A DNA stretch of 64,000 nucleotides from Escherichia coli. Lineage in GTDB: Bacteria > Pseudomonadota > Gammaproteobacteria > Enterobacterales > Enterobacteriaceae. The notes under the pieces are model-generated. The model did no database searches. It saw only the letters and a list, made by a program, of their open reading frames with translations, and had not been told where the DNA came from. Location: the NCBI RefSeq assembly GCF_003018255.1, contig NZ_CP027440.1; one strand, 5' to 3'. Positions 1 through 9,091 of the stretch are shown piece by piece (position 1 is the stretch's first letter; every line of letters starts with the position of its first letter). The position numbers and the translations under genes are program-made.

Positions 1-107
1 TGCTCCTGACTTAAGCTGCGCACCGACGGCAATTTCTCCCCGTGACGATACAGCCCTTGCTCAATCCGCTCGGCAAGTAGAGTCGCCAGATGTTGATAAC
101 GCGTCAT
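1..107 (-). CDS. yjiR: GntR/MocR-family transcriptional regulator, N-terminal 35 codons only (gene continues beyond window start)
   Basis: Minus-strand ATG at 105-107 preceded by AAGGA; translation MTRYQHLATLLAERIEQGLYRHGEKLPSVRSLSQE looks like a GntR-type winged-HTH N-terminus; lies next to yjiS as in K-12. Confidence 0.55.
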   Translation of the reverse strand, partial: MTRYQHLATLLAERIEQGLYRHGEKLPSVRSLSQE

Positions 108-283
108 GCTGTATTCCTTATTTGGACCATACAGAGAGAAAAACCGGTACAGATGAGGCTAAAAAACCGGATGCAGATGCTGTTTTAACCTGTCTGTATG
201 TTAAATAAAACTAATATTTGCATCTGTATTGTGAACTGCCAGAAGACGGATGATGAAGCCTCTGAAAGATGAGGAGGCAGCAG

Positions 284-448
284 ATGGAATTTCACGAAAA
301 CAAAGCTAAAGCACCGTTTATTGGACTTGTGCAACTCTGGCAGGCAGTGAGGCGTTGGCGGCGGCAAATGCAGGCCCGGCGGGTGTTACAGCAGATGAGT
401 GATGAGCGGTTGAGGGATATTGGGTTACGCAGGGAGGATGTGGAGTGA
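284..448 (+). CDS. yjiS: DUF1127-family small protein (54 aa)
   Basis: ATG at 284 preceded by GAGGAGG; hand translation MEFHENKAKAPFIGLVQLWQAVRRWRRQMQARRVLQQMSDERLRDIGLRREDVE; below the 60-aa cut-off of the ORF track. Confidence 0.7.
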   Translation: MEFHENKAKAPFIGLVQLWQAVRRWRRQMQARRVLQQMSDERLRDIGLRREDVE

Positions 449-544
449 TGGGGCAGTTCGTCGCGGATAAACAGGATTTCTCTATAACCTCCACAAGGAA
501 GTGGTTATTATTGCGAAATCATCGCTTCACGGAAAGACGTCAGA

Positions 545-2638
545 ATGAAAGCTACAGAAGCCCGCCTACTCGATTTTTTAAAACGTTCGCAGCAGTTTGT
601 TATTCCCATTTATCAACGGACTTATTCATGGACAGAACAACAATGTCGGCAACTTTGGGACGACATCATTCGTGCCGGAAAGCGTGACGATATATCAGCG
701 CATTTTATCGGTTCGGTTGTTTATATAGAGCAGGGATTGTATCAGGTTTCTGGTATTTCTCCGTTGCTGGTCATTGATGGTCAACAGCGGCTGACGACCG
801 CAATGTTGCTGATTGAGGCTTTATCACGCCATCTTGGCGAAGACGAAGTTTTTGATGGCTTTTCAGCAATGAAATTGCGTAATTATTATTTACTCAATCC
901 TTATGAGTCCGGCGAGAAAGGATTTAAATTACTGCTGACCGAGACTGATAAAGACAGTTTGCTGGCGTTAATAAAACAAAGACCAATGCCAGAAAACTAT
1001 TCCCATCGAATAATGGAAAACTTTACTTTCTTTGATGAACAAATTGCCAAACTCGGTGATGACTTGATCCCCTTATGTCGTGGGTTAGCAAAGTTATTAA
1101 TTGTCGATGTGGCGCTTAATCGTGGTCAGGATAATCCGCAACTGATTTTTGAAAGTATGAACTCCACCGGTAAGGCGTTAAGTCAGGCCGATCTGGTGCG
1201 CAATTTTATTCTGATGGGCCTCGAACCAGAGCATCAAACCCGGTTGTATGAAGATCACTGGCGTCCAATGGAAGTCGCTTTTGGTCAGCAAGGTTACAGC
1301 GAATATTTTGACAGCTTTATGCGTCATTATCTGACGGTAAAAACGGGGGAGATCCCTCGGACAGATGAAGTCTATGAGGCATTTAAACTCCATGCCCGCA
1401 GCCAGAGTGTTGCTGAAAAAGGCGTAGATCGGCTGGTTGAAGATATTCACATCTACGCGGAGTATTACTGTGCAATGGCATTGGGAAAAGAAAGTGACAA
1501 ATCGCTTGCTACGGCTTTTCAGGATTTGCGCGAGTTAAAGGTCGATGTGGCATATCCTTTCTTACTGGCGCTTTATCATGACTATAAAAATGGCGATTTG
1601 CCTCACGAAGATTTCCTGAGCATAATTCGTTTAATTGAATCTTATGTTTTCCGCCGTGCAGTATGTGCGATTCCGACGAATTCTCTTAACAAGACGTTTG
1701 CCACTTTTTATAAAGTCATTAATAAAGAAAAATATCTGGAAAGTATTCAGGTACATTTTCTGAATCTGCCTTCATATCGTCGTTTCCCCAACGATGATGA
1801 ATTTAAACGGGAATTAAAAGTTCGCGATCTCTATAACTTCCGTAGTCGCAGCTACTGGTTACGACGACTGGAAAACGATAAACGCAGAGAGCGCGTGGAA
1901 GAGTTTACGATTGAGCATATTATGCCGCAGAACGAAAATCTGTCGGCTAAATGGCGCGAAGAGTTGGGAAGCGACTGGCAGCGTGTGCATAAAGAATTGT
2001 TACATACGTTGGGGAATCTCACTTTAACGCGCTATAACTCCCGCTACAGTGACAGACCTTTCGCGGAAAAACGCGATATTGAAGACGGCTTTAAGCATAG
2101 CCCGCTTTATTTGAATATCGGTCTTGGACAGTGCGAAAAATGGGATGAAGCCGCCATTCACGCCCGAGCCGATCGTCTGGCCGATCTTGCGGTTCAGGTT
2201 TGGCAAGCGCCTGCTCTTCCTGAAGAGGTTTTAGCTGTTTATCGGGCGCAGCCGGAGAACAAAACCAGTTACAGCCTGAGTGATTATCCTTTTCTTGCTG
2301 ATGGTTCGCATAGCCGGGTGTTATTTGATCATCTTCGCGATGAAGTTATGCGCCTGGACGCAGGGATCACGCAGGAAGTATTGAAGCTCTATATTGCGTT
2401 TAAAGCTGAAACGAATTTTGTTGATGTTGTGCCGCAAAAAAGCCGACTGCGATTGTCGCTTAATATGCAGTTTCATGAACTGGTCGATCCGAAAGGTATT
2501 GCCAAAGATGTGACAAATGTTGGGCGATGGGGCAATGGCGATGTGGAAATTGGTTTCAGTGACCTCGCACAACTTCCTTACATTATGGGATTAATTCGTC
2601 AGGCATTTGAAAAACAGATGGAGAACGCGTTGGTATAA
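545..2638 (+). CDS. GmrSD-like DUF262 (ParB/Srx-like NTPase) + DUF1524 (His-Me finger nuclease) protein; candidate modification-dependent type IV restriction endonuclease, 697 aa
   Basis: N-terminal motifs IPIYQRTYSW and DGQQRLTT typical of DUF262; C-terminal EHIMPQN...H...GNLTLT...N resembles a DUF1524 His-Me nuclease motif; sits where K-12 has yjiT-mcrCB. Confidence 0.75.
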   Translation: MKATEARLLDFLKRSQQFVIPIYQRTYSWTEQQCRQLWDDIIRAGKRDDISAHFIGSVVYIEQGLYQVSGISPLLVIDGQQRLTTAMLLIEALSRHLGEDEVFDGFSAMKLRNYYLLNPYESGEKGFKLLLTETDKDSLLALIKQRPMPENYSHRIMENFTFFDEQIAKLGDDLIPLCRGLAKLLIVDVALNRGQDNPQLIFESMNSTGKALSQADLVRNFILMGLEPEHQTRLYEDHWRPMEVAFGQQGYSEYFDSFMRHYLTVKTGEIPRTDEVYEAFKLHARSQSVAEKGVDRLVEDIHIYAEYYCAMALGKESDKSLATAFQDLRELKVDVAYPFLLALYHDYKNGDLPHEDFLSIIRLIESYVFRRAVCAIPTNSLNKTFATFYKVINKEKYLESIQVHFLNLPSYRRFPNDDEFKRELKVRDLYNFRSRSYWLRRLENDKRRERVEEFTIEHIMPQNENLSAKWREELGSDWQRVHKELLHTLGNLTLTRYNSRYSDRPFAEKRDIEDGFKHSPLYLNIGLGQCEKWDEAAIHARADRLADLAVQVWQAPALPEEVLAVYRAQPENKTSYSLSDYPFLADGSHSRVLFDHLRDEVMRLDAGITQEVLKLYIAFKAETNFVDVVPQKSRLRLSLNMQFHELVDPKGIAKDVTNVGRWGNGDVEIGFSDLAQLPYIMGLIRQAFEKQMENALV

Positions 2639-2684
2639 CGTGGCGAATAATACCCGGTAGCACTGGCGCTACCGGGTCAATGTA

Positions 2685-3026
2685 TCAGGCGACTTTCTGT
2701 TTACCCGCAATCACCCCAATAAATTCCCGCACCTGCTTTTGTTTACGCGCCGACAGCTTGCACACCTGGCGCAGCGACTGCATTAGCTCGCTCTCTTCGG
2801 GGGCGGGTGGTTGGGCGGTGAGGACAATACAGCCTTCCATCACTTTGACAGCTATCGCCGTGCCGGTGGCAAAACCGGCGGCTTCCAGCCACTGACCTTT
2901 CAGGGTGATGGCGGGAATACGGCTGTAATCCGGGTAGCGACTCGCATAACTCACGGTTAATTGACGGTTATTTGCCGGGGAGACTTCTGCTTCGAACGGT
3001 TGTGCAATAGAATGCGTGTCAGTCAT
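2685..3026 (-). CDS. symE: SymE SOS-induced toxin (type I toxin-antitoxin, AbrB-fold RNase-like), 113 aa
   Basis: Translation from ATG at 3024-3026 ([52 protein letters not shown]...) matches SymE; AAGGA Shine-Dalgarno; the ORF-track N-terminal extension is probably not translated. Confidence 0.85.
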   Translation of the reverse strand: MTDTHSIAQPFEAEVSPANNRQLTVSYASRYPDYSRIPAITLKGQWLEAAGFATGTAIAVKVMEGCIVLTAQPPAPEESELMQSLRQVCKLSARKQKQVREFIGVIAGKQKVA

Positions 3027-3097
3027 AACTGCTATTCCTTGAAAATAGTGATTGTGATGAGCGGTGCGGGTGTGTTGGCGCACATCCGCACCGCGCT
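3020..3097 (+). ncRNA. symR: SymR-like cis-antisense sRNA covering the symE start codon and 5' UTR (approximate ends)
   Basis: Plus-strand -10 TAGAAT at 3008-3013 with weak -35 TTCTGC; the start would fall a few nt inside symE, as described for SymR; a 14-bp stem-loop at 3062-3095 could be the 3' end. Boundaries are inferred. Confidence 0.4.
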
Positions 3098-3104
3098 AAA
3101 TACC

Positions 3105-3120
3105 TGGATATATCATCAGT
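3105..3120 (-). promoter_or_regulatory. Candidate LexA box in the symE promoter
   Basis: Minus strand reads CTGATGATATATCCAG, i.e. CTG-N10-CAG with an AT-rich core, about 80 nt upstream of the symE ATG; symE is a known SOS gene. Confidence 0.35.
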
Positions 3121-3197
3121 AAATACAGGGAAAGTCCAGCTAAAAATTAATGAAAATAAGATAGAAGTTAGCGTGAAATATAATTTTTGGTGATGTG

Positions 3198-3234
3198 AAT
3201 AAAGCGGCTATTGAGCCGCTTTATTGGTTTTATG
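3198..3234. terminator. Hairpin terminator between hsdS and the symE promoter
   Basis: Perfect 11-bp stem AATAAAGCGGC/GCCGCTTTATT with 6-nt loop, followed by GGTTTTA on the plus strand; 13 nt downstream of the hsdS stop on the minus strand. Confidence 0.5.
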
Positions 3235-3246
3235 AGGGCGAGAAAA

Positions 3247-4983
3247 TTAGTTTATCGCCGCGTTAGTCAGTGCGTCTGCAAGGTGCAGTTGGGTTTGTTG
3301 GGCGGTTTTTATACGAGTTTTAAGCTTATCGCATAGTTCATGAAGTAAACCTACTTGTGAAAATATTCTATATTGTTCAGTTAATGGTGGGCATGGGAAT
3401 GAATACAACATTACACTATTTGCTGATAGGTTGGGTTGTGCTGAGCCATTATCAAAGCGGTAAATCTGTGAGCGCCCAAATGGACTGGTTAAATAATTAT
3501 AAATATACCCTCCCATTTCTGTGATAAATGGTCTAATGATCATTAGTGATGAGGCAATAGCTCCTGTTTCATAGGGGGTTACAAAGGCAGTTTTACCAAA
3601 AGTTGCTCCTCGTAGGCAATAAACCAAATCACCTTTTTGAATTTTCCCACTTCTTAATTCATTAAATTTTCCTTCGGTTATAAAATTCATTTCTGTAACC
3701 GTAAGTGTACCATTTTTTTCTATATGTCCAGTATTGATCCAAGGAATACCTTGAGAAACATACTCATTTTTATTGGGATAATTACTTCCACGATCGCCAT
3801 TTATAAACTCTGATGTTAAACCAAATTTACACCACTCCCACCCTTCCGGCAGTTCAAACGGTTTTTCCTCATTGCTAATTGGCGGTAGTGGTTTTTGTTT
3901 TTTTATTTTCCCTTCTTTCACCAGTTGAGCTTTTTCCTGCGCAATTCGTTTGAGCAGTTCAGAGGCGGGTTCGTCATTCGGATCCTGCGGCACAAGTTTA
4001 CCCATTACGGCCAGTTGAAGAATGGTCTGTTTTAACGCATCCACGCTGGCTTCGGTGGTAAATAGGGTGTCGAAATGCTCGCTAATACGCGCCCAGTTTT
4101 CAGCCAGTTCCTCGGCGTTTTGGCTGTCTGTAAGCGTTCCCAACAGGGTTTCAACCAGTTGCTGATGTGCGTCCAGACTGGTCAGGGATTGCTGTTCCAG
4201 TTGGTCGCAGAGAACTGTAAGTTCTCTGATTTTTCTGACAATTTGTTGTTGTTCATTTATAGGCGGTAAAGCGATTATCTGTTGTTCCATTTTTTCTTTA
4301 GTCATATGGAGCATTGCAATACCGTTACCTTGCGATTTTATTTTATCTGTAATGGATAAAAGAAAATCATGTATAAAATATTTGTTTGAGTACTCTTCTG
4401 CAAATAAATTTAATTTCCATATATGGTAGTGATAAATTACTTTTTCTCCTGTCCAAATGAATGGCCCAAAAGATGCGGACCAAGCGTATATTAAATCACC
4501 ATTATTTATATATTTGTTTTCGTCTAATTGGAGGTCAGAGTAATACCACTCATTTGATGTGAATAGATTACCAACACGCAGCAAAGGAGTGCCTGTTTGA
4601 AGCATTTCATGTTTTTTATATGCTCGACCGTTAATAACCTCCATGAGATCTGCAACCCGCACCCACTCCCATCCCTCCGGCAATTCAAACGGCTTCTCTT
4701 CCTCGCTAATTCCTGGCAGTGGTTTTTGCTTTTTAATTTTACCTTGCTTCACCAGCTCTGCTTTTTCCGCAGCAATACGCTTCAGCAGCTCCGACGCCGG
4801 TTCATCATTCGGATCCTGCGGCACCAGTTTACCGCGCACCGCCAGTTCCAGAATCAGCTCACGCAATTTCTTAATGCCATACAAATCAATTTTACCGGAA
4901 CTGCCGCGCCCGGCGGTGGAACGGGTTTGCAACGCCGAGGTCCAGGTTTCCATATGATCAACGATCAGCTTTTCCACACTCAT
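3247..4983 (-). CDS. hsdS: Type I restriction-modification specificity subunit HsdS (578 aa)
   Basis: Two AT-rich variable domains separated by duplicated conserved segments (KLVPQDPNDEPASELLKRIA...KPFELPEGWEW twice); start overlaps the hsdM stop (TGATG). Confidence 0.85.
   Translation of the reverse strand: MSVEKLIVDHMETWTSALQTRSTAGRGSSGKIDLYGIKKLRELILELAVRGKLVPQDPNDEPASELLKRIAAEKAELVKQGKIKKQKPLPGISEEEKPFELPEGWEWVRVADLMEVINGRAYKKHEMLQTGTPLLRVGNLFTSNEWYYSDLQLDENKYINNGDLIYAWSASFGPFIWTGEKVIYHYHIWKLNLFAEEYSNKYFIHDFLLSITDKIKSQGNGIAMLHMTKEKMEQQIIALPPINEQQQIVRKIRELTVLCDQLEQQSLTSLDAHQQLVETLLGTLTDSQNAEELAENWARISEHFDTLFTTEASVDALKQTILQLAVMGKLVPQDPNDEPASELLKRIAQEKAQLVKEGKIKKQKPLPPISNEEKPFELPEGWEWCKFGLTSEFINGDRGSNYPNKNEYVSQGIPWINTGHIEKNGTLTVTEMNFITEGKFNELRSGKIQKGDLVYCLRGATFGKTAFVTPYETGAIASSLMIIRPFITEMGGYIYNYLTSPFGRSQIYRFDNGSAQPNLSANSVMLYSFPCPPLTEQYRIFSQVGLLHELCDKLKTRIKTAQQTQLHLADALTNAAIN
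3829..4032. repeat. hsdS internal direct repeat, copy B (central conserved region)
   Basis: About 200 bp, roughly 80-85% identical by eye to 4660-4863; encodes the second GKLVPQDPNDEPASELLKRIA...PFELPEGWEW segment. Confidence 0.7.
4660..4863. repeat. hsdS internal direct repeat, copy A (N-terminal conserved region)
   Basis: Direct repeat partner of 3829-4032 within the same gene. Confidence 0.7.
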
Positions 4984-6452
4984 CAGTTAACCTCCTTGCC
5001 AGACAGCGCAGCGCCAAGAATATCGCGCAGTTGATTACGCAGCGTCTGGATCTCCGCCTGCTGTTTTGCATACTGCGCTAACAGTTCGTCCGGGTCATGG
5101 CTGACGGTTTCCGCCTGATGTGGGTTTTTAATATCCAGATTGAAGTTACGCGCAATCACGTCATCAATGCTGACTTTCCACGCTTGCTCATTCTCGATGC
5201 GGCTGGCAAAACCATCGGCCTCGTTACCCCACCAGTCAATCTCCGCCTGAAACTCTTCGAACTTCATCGGCTTGGTTTTACTGTAATTTTTCACGCCCGC
5301 CGGATACGGATGCTCATAGAACCAAATCTCTTTGGTTGGCTGACCTTTGGTAAAAAACAACAGGTTGGTTTTAATGCCGGTATAGGGGTTAAACACACCA
5401 TTCGGTAAACGCACGATGGTATGCAGATTGCACTCTTCGGTAAGCAGCTTTTTGATTTTGGTTTTAACGCCTTCGCCAAATAGCGTGCCATCCGGCAATA
5501 CCACCGCCGCGCGACCGTTTTTCGCCAGTACTTCCACAATCAGTTGCAGAAACAGATCCGCTGTTTCGCGGGTTTGCATCTCTGCCGGAAAGTTCTTCTC
5601 AATACCGTCTTCTTCCGTGCCACCAAACGGCGGGTTGGTAACAATGACATCCAGTTGCTCATCCCAGGAGGAAAGCGGTTTGTTCAGGGTGTTGTCGTGA
5701 CGAATTTGTACAGGCACTTCAATGCCGTGCAGCAGCATATTGGTGGTCGCCAGCAGGTGCGGAAGCTGTTTTTTCTCGACACCGTGGATCTGTTGTTGCA
5801 GCGTCTGATGATCGGCGACGCTCTTCACGTATTTGTTCTTTACATGATCGAACGCGCAGGCAAGAAAACCGCCCGTACCGCAGGCCGGGTCCATAATGGA
5901 TTCGCCGAGTTTCGGATCAACGCGATCCACCATAAAGCGAGTGACGGCGCGTGGCGTATAGAATTCGCCAGCATTGCCCGCAGATTGCAGATCTTTAAGG
6001 ATCTGTTCGTAAATATCACCAAACAGATGGCGTTCGCTGGCGCTGGTAAAGTCAATTTCGTTCAGCTTGTTGATCACCTGGCGCAGTAGCGTACCGTTTT
6101 TCATATAGTTATAGGCATCGCTGAACGCCTGCTTCACCACGTAGCCGCGTGGGTTTTTATCGATAGGCGCAGTGAGGTTTTTCAACGCCGGGAACAGATC
6201 ATCATTAACGAATTCCAGCAGGGAATCACCGGTAATGCCCTGAGCGTTTGCGGCCCAACTGCGCCATAAATAACGCTGTGGGATCGGATATTGATAGTTA
6301 TCCTGCTCCAGTTCCAGCGCCTCTTCCTGGGCATCGAAGATTTTCAAAAACAGCAGCCAGGAGAGCTGACCGAGACGCTGCGCATCGCCATCCACACCGG
6401 CATCTTTGCGCATAATATCTTGTAATGATTTGATTACTGAACTGATAGACAT
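4983..6452 (-). CDS. hsdM: Type I restriction-modification N6-adenine DNA methyltransferase HsdM
   Basis: SAM-binding motif DPACGTGGFL and catalytic NPPFGG present. Start chosen at ATG 6450-6452 (MSISSVIK...); in-frame alternative ATGs at 6464 and 6488 (longest ORF 4983-6488). Confidence 0.85.
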   Translation of the reverse strand: MSISSVIKSLQDIMRKDAGVDGDAQRLGQLSWLLFLKIFDAQEEALELEQDNYQYPIPQRYLWRSWAANAQGITGDSLLEFVNDDLFPALKNLTAPIDKNPRGYVVKQAFSDAYNYMKNGTLLRQVINKLNEIDFTSASERHLFGDIYEQILKDLQSAGNAGEFYTPRAVTRFMVDRVDPKLGESIMDPACGTGGFLACAFDHVKNKYVKSVADHQTLQQQIHGVEKKQLPHLLATTNMLLHGIEVPVQIRHDNTLNKPLSSWDEQLDVIVTNPPFGGTEEDGIEKNFPAEMQTRETADLFLQLIVEVLAKNGRAAVVLPDGTLFGEGVKTKIKKLLTEECNLHTIVRLPNGVFNPYTGIKTNLLFFTKGQPTKEIWFYEHPYPAGVKNYSKTKPMKFEEFQAEIDWWGNEADGFASRIENEQAWKVSIDDVIARNFNLDIKNPHQAETVSHDPDELLAQYAKQQAEIQTLRNQLRDILGAALSGKEVN

Positions 6453-6518
6453 GTTGTATTCCATGAAAAACAAGGCCTTCTGCAACATGATGGTTGCAGA
6501 AGGCGCAAAAGAGAGTTG

Positions 6519-8951
6519 TTAAGCAGAGCGGGGCGGTAATTGGTAGATTTCGTTTTCCAGCTCGCTGAGCGCCTGATTATACCCGTTACGGTCGCCAAAT
6601 CCGGTTTTAATAATCTCCGGTAAGGTGCCCATGCTGTCGAATGGTTTAAGTTTCAGCACCTGAATACTTTCGATCTCCTGTACGCCCGCATCGGCGTATT
6701 TATCCAGCAGATTATCGAGCACGGCTTGCGCTGCTTCAGAGTATTTTGTGAAGTAGTTCCGCTTGCGCACGTTCTCGGCGCGCTCTTTGCGGGTTAACGG
6801 CGGCTGACCATACACTACGTGGCAAAGCATGTCGAACGGGTCGAGATCTTTACCGACTTCTTCTGCCAGTACTTCCCAGATGATCCCCTGTTGTTCCAGC
6901 TCGTGAATGATCGCTTCTTTGCGATCGGCGTCCTGCCACTTGCGGGTAAAGTCATCCAGCGAGGCATATTCTTTGAGCAGTGTTTTGCGGGTGTAATCTT
7001 TAAAAGATTCGGTAACCAGTTTACCGTCGGCATCGTAATACTGAACACGCTGCGCAATAACGCCCACCGCTACACCGTTGACGTGAAACTTGCGGATTTT
7101 CTTCTCGTCTTCTTCCGGAAGTGGGCCGACATCATCGGTATCGGTAACCTGGTATGGTGGCGCAGGCGGTTCATCAACGCCTGTTACCTGTTCGTCGTCA
7201 TGTTCGCTGATTTCTTCGAGTTTCTCTTCAAAATCAGATTCTGGATCGGCGATATCCTCTGATGTGGTATCCATGACTTTTTCGGGAATGCCATCGAAAC
7301 GCTCATCGGCAAACAGTTCGGTGGCTTTTTTAAAGTCGAGGATGGTAAACCAGAGTTTGCCGTAACGTTCGTCGATGCGTGTACCACGACCGATAATTTG
7401 CTTGAATTTGGTCATCGACTGGATGTTCTGGTCCAGTACTACCAGTTTGCAGGTTTTAGCATCCACACCAGTGGTCATCAGCTCTGAAGTGGTCGCGATA
7501 ACCGGGTACGCTTTTTTCGGGTTGATGAAGTTATCCAACTGAGCTTTGCCAATTTCATCATCGCCGGTGATTTTCATGACGTATTTGTCGTTCTTTTTCA
7601 CCTGCTCCGGGTTGAGATTCACCAGGGCGCGGCGCATACGTTCTGCATGATCGATGTCGTTACAGAAGACGATGGTTTTATCCATCGGGTTGGTGCGCTT
7701 GAGGTAGTCGGTAATGGTTCTGGCAACCAGTTCTGTCCGTTCGTCGATTACCATCGTGCGATCGAAATCTTTCTGGTTATAGATACGATCGTCGATCACT
7801 TCGCCGTTTAAGTCAGTTTGCCCTTTGGTTGGGCGCCAGCCTTGCAGATCAACATCAATATCAACACGGACAACTTTATAAGGGGCGAGGAAGCCGTCTT
7901 CGATCCCTTCTTTTAGCGAGTAGACGTAAACCGGATCGCCGAAGTAATCCGTGCTGGAGACTTCATGCGTCTCTTTTGGCGTGGCGGTTAAGCCAATTTG
8001 GGTGGCGGAACTGAAATAATCAAGGATCTCTCGCCAGGCGCTGTCTTCGGATGCGCTGCCGCGATGGCATTCGTCGATCACGATCAGATCGAAGAAATCT
8101 GGTGCGACTTGTTTAAACGCTTTTTGGTCTTCCTCCGGGCCAGTTATAGCCTGATAGAGCGCGAGGTGAATTTCATAAGCGGGATCAATGGTGCGTCCGC
8201 TGACTTTGGTCATTGCCGTACCAAATGGCTGGAAATCATTATTTTTGGTTTGGTCGACCAGAATGTTGCGATCGGCAAGGAACAAAATGCGTTTTTTATT
8301 TTTTGATTTCCACAGGCGCCAGATGATCTGGAATGCGGTATAGGTTTTCCCTGTTCCGGTCGCCATGACCAGCAGAACGCGGTTTTGCCCGTTGGAGACG
8401 GCTTCAATGGTTTTGTTGATTGCCTGAAGCTGGTAATAACGAGGCGATTTGCCGCTGCCATCGTCGTAATAGTCCTGAGTAATCACCGGAAGCTGAGCTT
8501 GTGTGTATCCTTTCCAGAGGCAGAATTTTTGCCAGAGTTCAGCGGGGGAGGGGAAGTCATCCAGCGTTATTTGCTTTTCAAGGCATTCACCTTCAGCTGC
8601 GGTGGCATCGCGGAAGATAAAGCCATCACCGTTGGTGGCAAAAACAAAAGGAACGTCCAGCAGGCGCGCATATTCAATGCCCTGTTGCATCCCTTTGCCA
8701 ATTTCATGTTTGTTGGCTTTTGCTTCAATCACGGCTAAGGGAATGCCTGGTTTGTGATACAGCACGATGTCAGCAGATTTTACCGTTCTGCGTGCCGCAA
8801 CTTTACCACGTACGATGACTTTACCGTTCCGGAGTTTGACCTCCTGTCTGATTTGCGTTGTGTTGTCCCAGCCTGCATTGAGAATGGCTGGCATAACGCA
8901 TTTGGTAATGATGTCTGCTTCCGTCAGGTTACTTAGGTTCAGTTCCGCCAT
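6519..8951 (-). CDS. hsdR: Type I restriction endonuclease subunit HsdR, 810 aa (EcoAI-like / type IB size class)
   Basis: Helicase motifs [11 protein letters not shown] (Walker A) and VIDECHRG (DECH box); 810 aa is far shorter than EcoKI-type HsdR; gene order hsdR-hsdM-hsdS on the minus strand. Confidence 0.9.
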   Translation of the reverse strand: MAELNLSNLTEADIITKCVMPAILNAGWDNTTQIRQEVKLRNGKVIVRGKVAARRTVKSADIVLYHKPGIPLAVIEAKANKHEIGKGMQQGIEYARLLDVPFVFATNGDGFIFRDATAAEGECLEKQITLDDFPSPAELWQKFCLWKGYTQAQLPVITQDYYDDGSGKSPRYYQLQAINKTIEAVSNGQNRVLLVMATGTGKTYTAFQIIWRLWKSKNKKRILFLADRNILVDQTKNNDFQPFGTAMTKVSGRTIDPAYEIHLALYQAITGPEEDQKAFKQVAPDFFDLIVIDECHRGSASEDSAWREILDYFSSATQIGLTATPKETHEVSSTDYFGDPVYVYSLKEGIEDGFLAPYKVVRVDIDVDLQGWRPTKGQTDLNGEVIDDRIYNQKDFDRTMVIDERTELVARTITDYLKRTNPMDKTIVFCNDIDHAERMRRALVNLNPEQVKKNDKYVMKITGDDEIGKAQLDNFINPKKAYPVIATTSELMTTGVDAKTCKLVVLDQNIQSMTKFKQIIGRGTRIDERYGKLWFTILDFKKATELFADERFDGIPEKVMDTTSEDIADPESDFEEKLEEISEHDDEQVTGVDEPPAPPYQVTDTDDVGPLPEEDEKKIRKFHVNGVAVGVIAQRVQYYDADGKLVTESFKDYTRKTLLKEYASLDDFTRKWQDADRKEAIIHELEQQGIIWEVLAEEVGKDLDPFDMLCHVVYGQPPLTRKERAENVRKRNYFTKYSEAAQAVLDNLLDKYADAGVQEIESIQVLKLKPFDSMGTLPEIIKTGFGDRNGYNQALSELENEIYQLPPRSA

Positions 8952-9091
8952 GGGGTGTTCTCATCTAAATGCGATGCGTAAATTCTACACAGAAAAATAG
9001 ATGAATTCATCTGTTCAAAGAGTATTATCAGCGTTAAGTCACTGTTTTAAAGGTATTCTTGAGTTTCATCAATAGCTGGATAAGGATTCAT

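Noticed and set aside
445-687. 80-aa plus-strand ORF
   Set aside because: Overlaps the end of yjiS and the start of the GmrSD-like gene in another frame; both neighbours have better signals.
3062-3095. The 14-bp stem-loop as a canonical intrinsic terminator
   Set aside because: No U-tract follows on either strand; more likely a structural element of the SymR RNA or symE 5' UTR.
5544-6089. 181-aa plus-strand ORF
   Set aside because: Antisense to hsdM.
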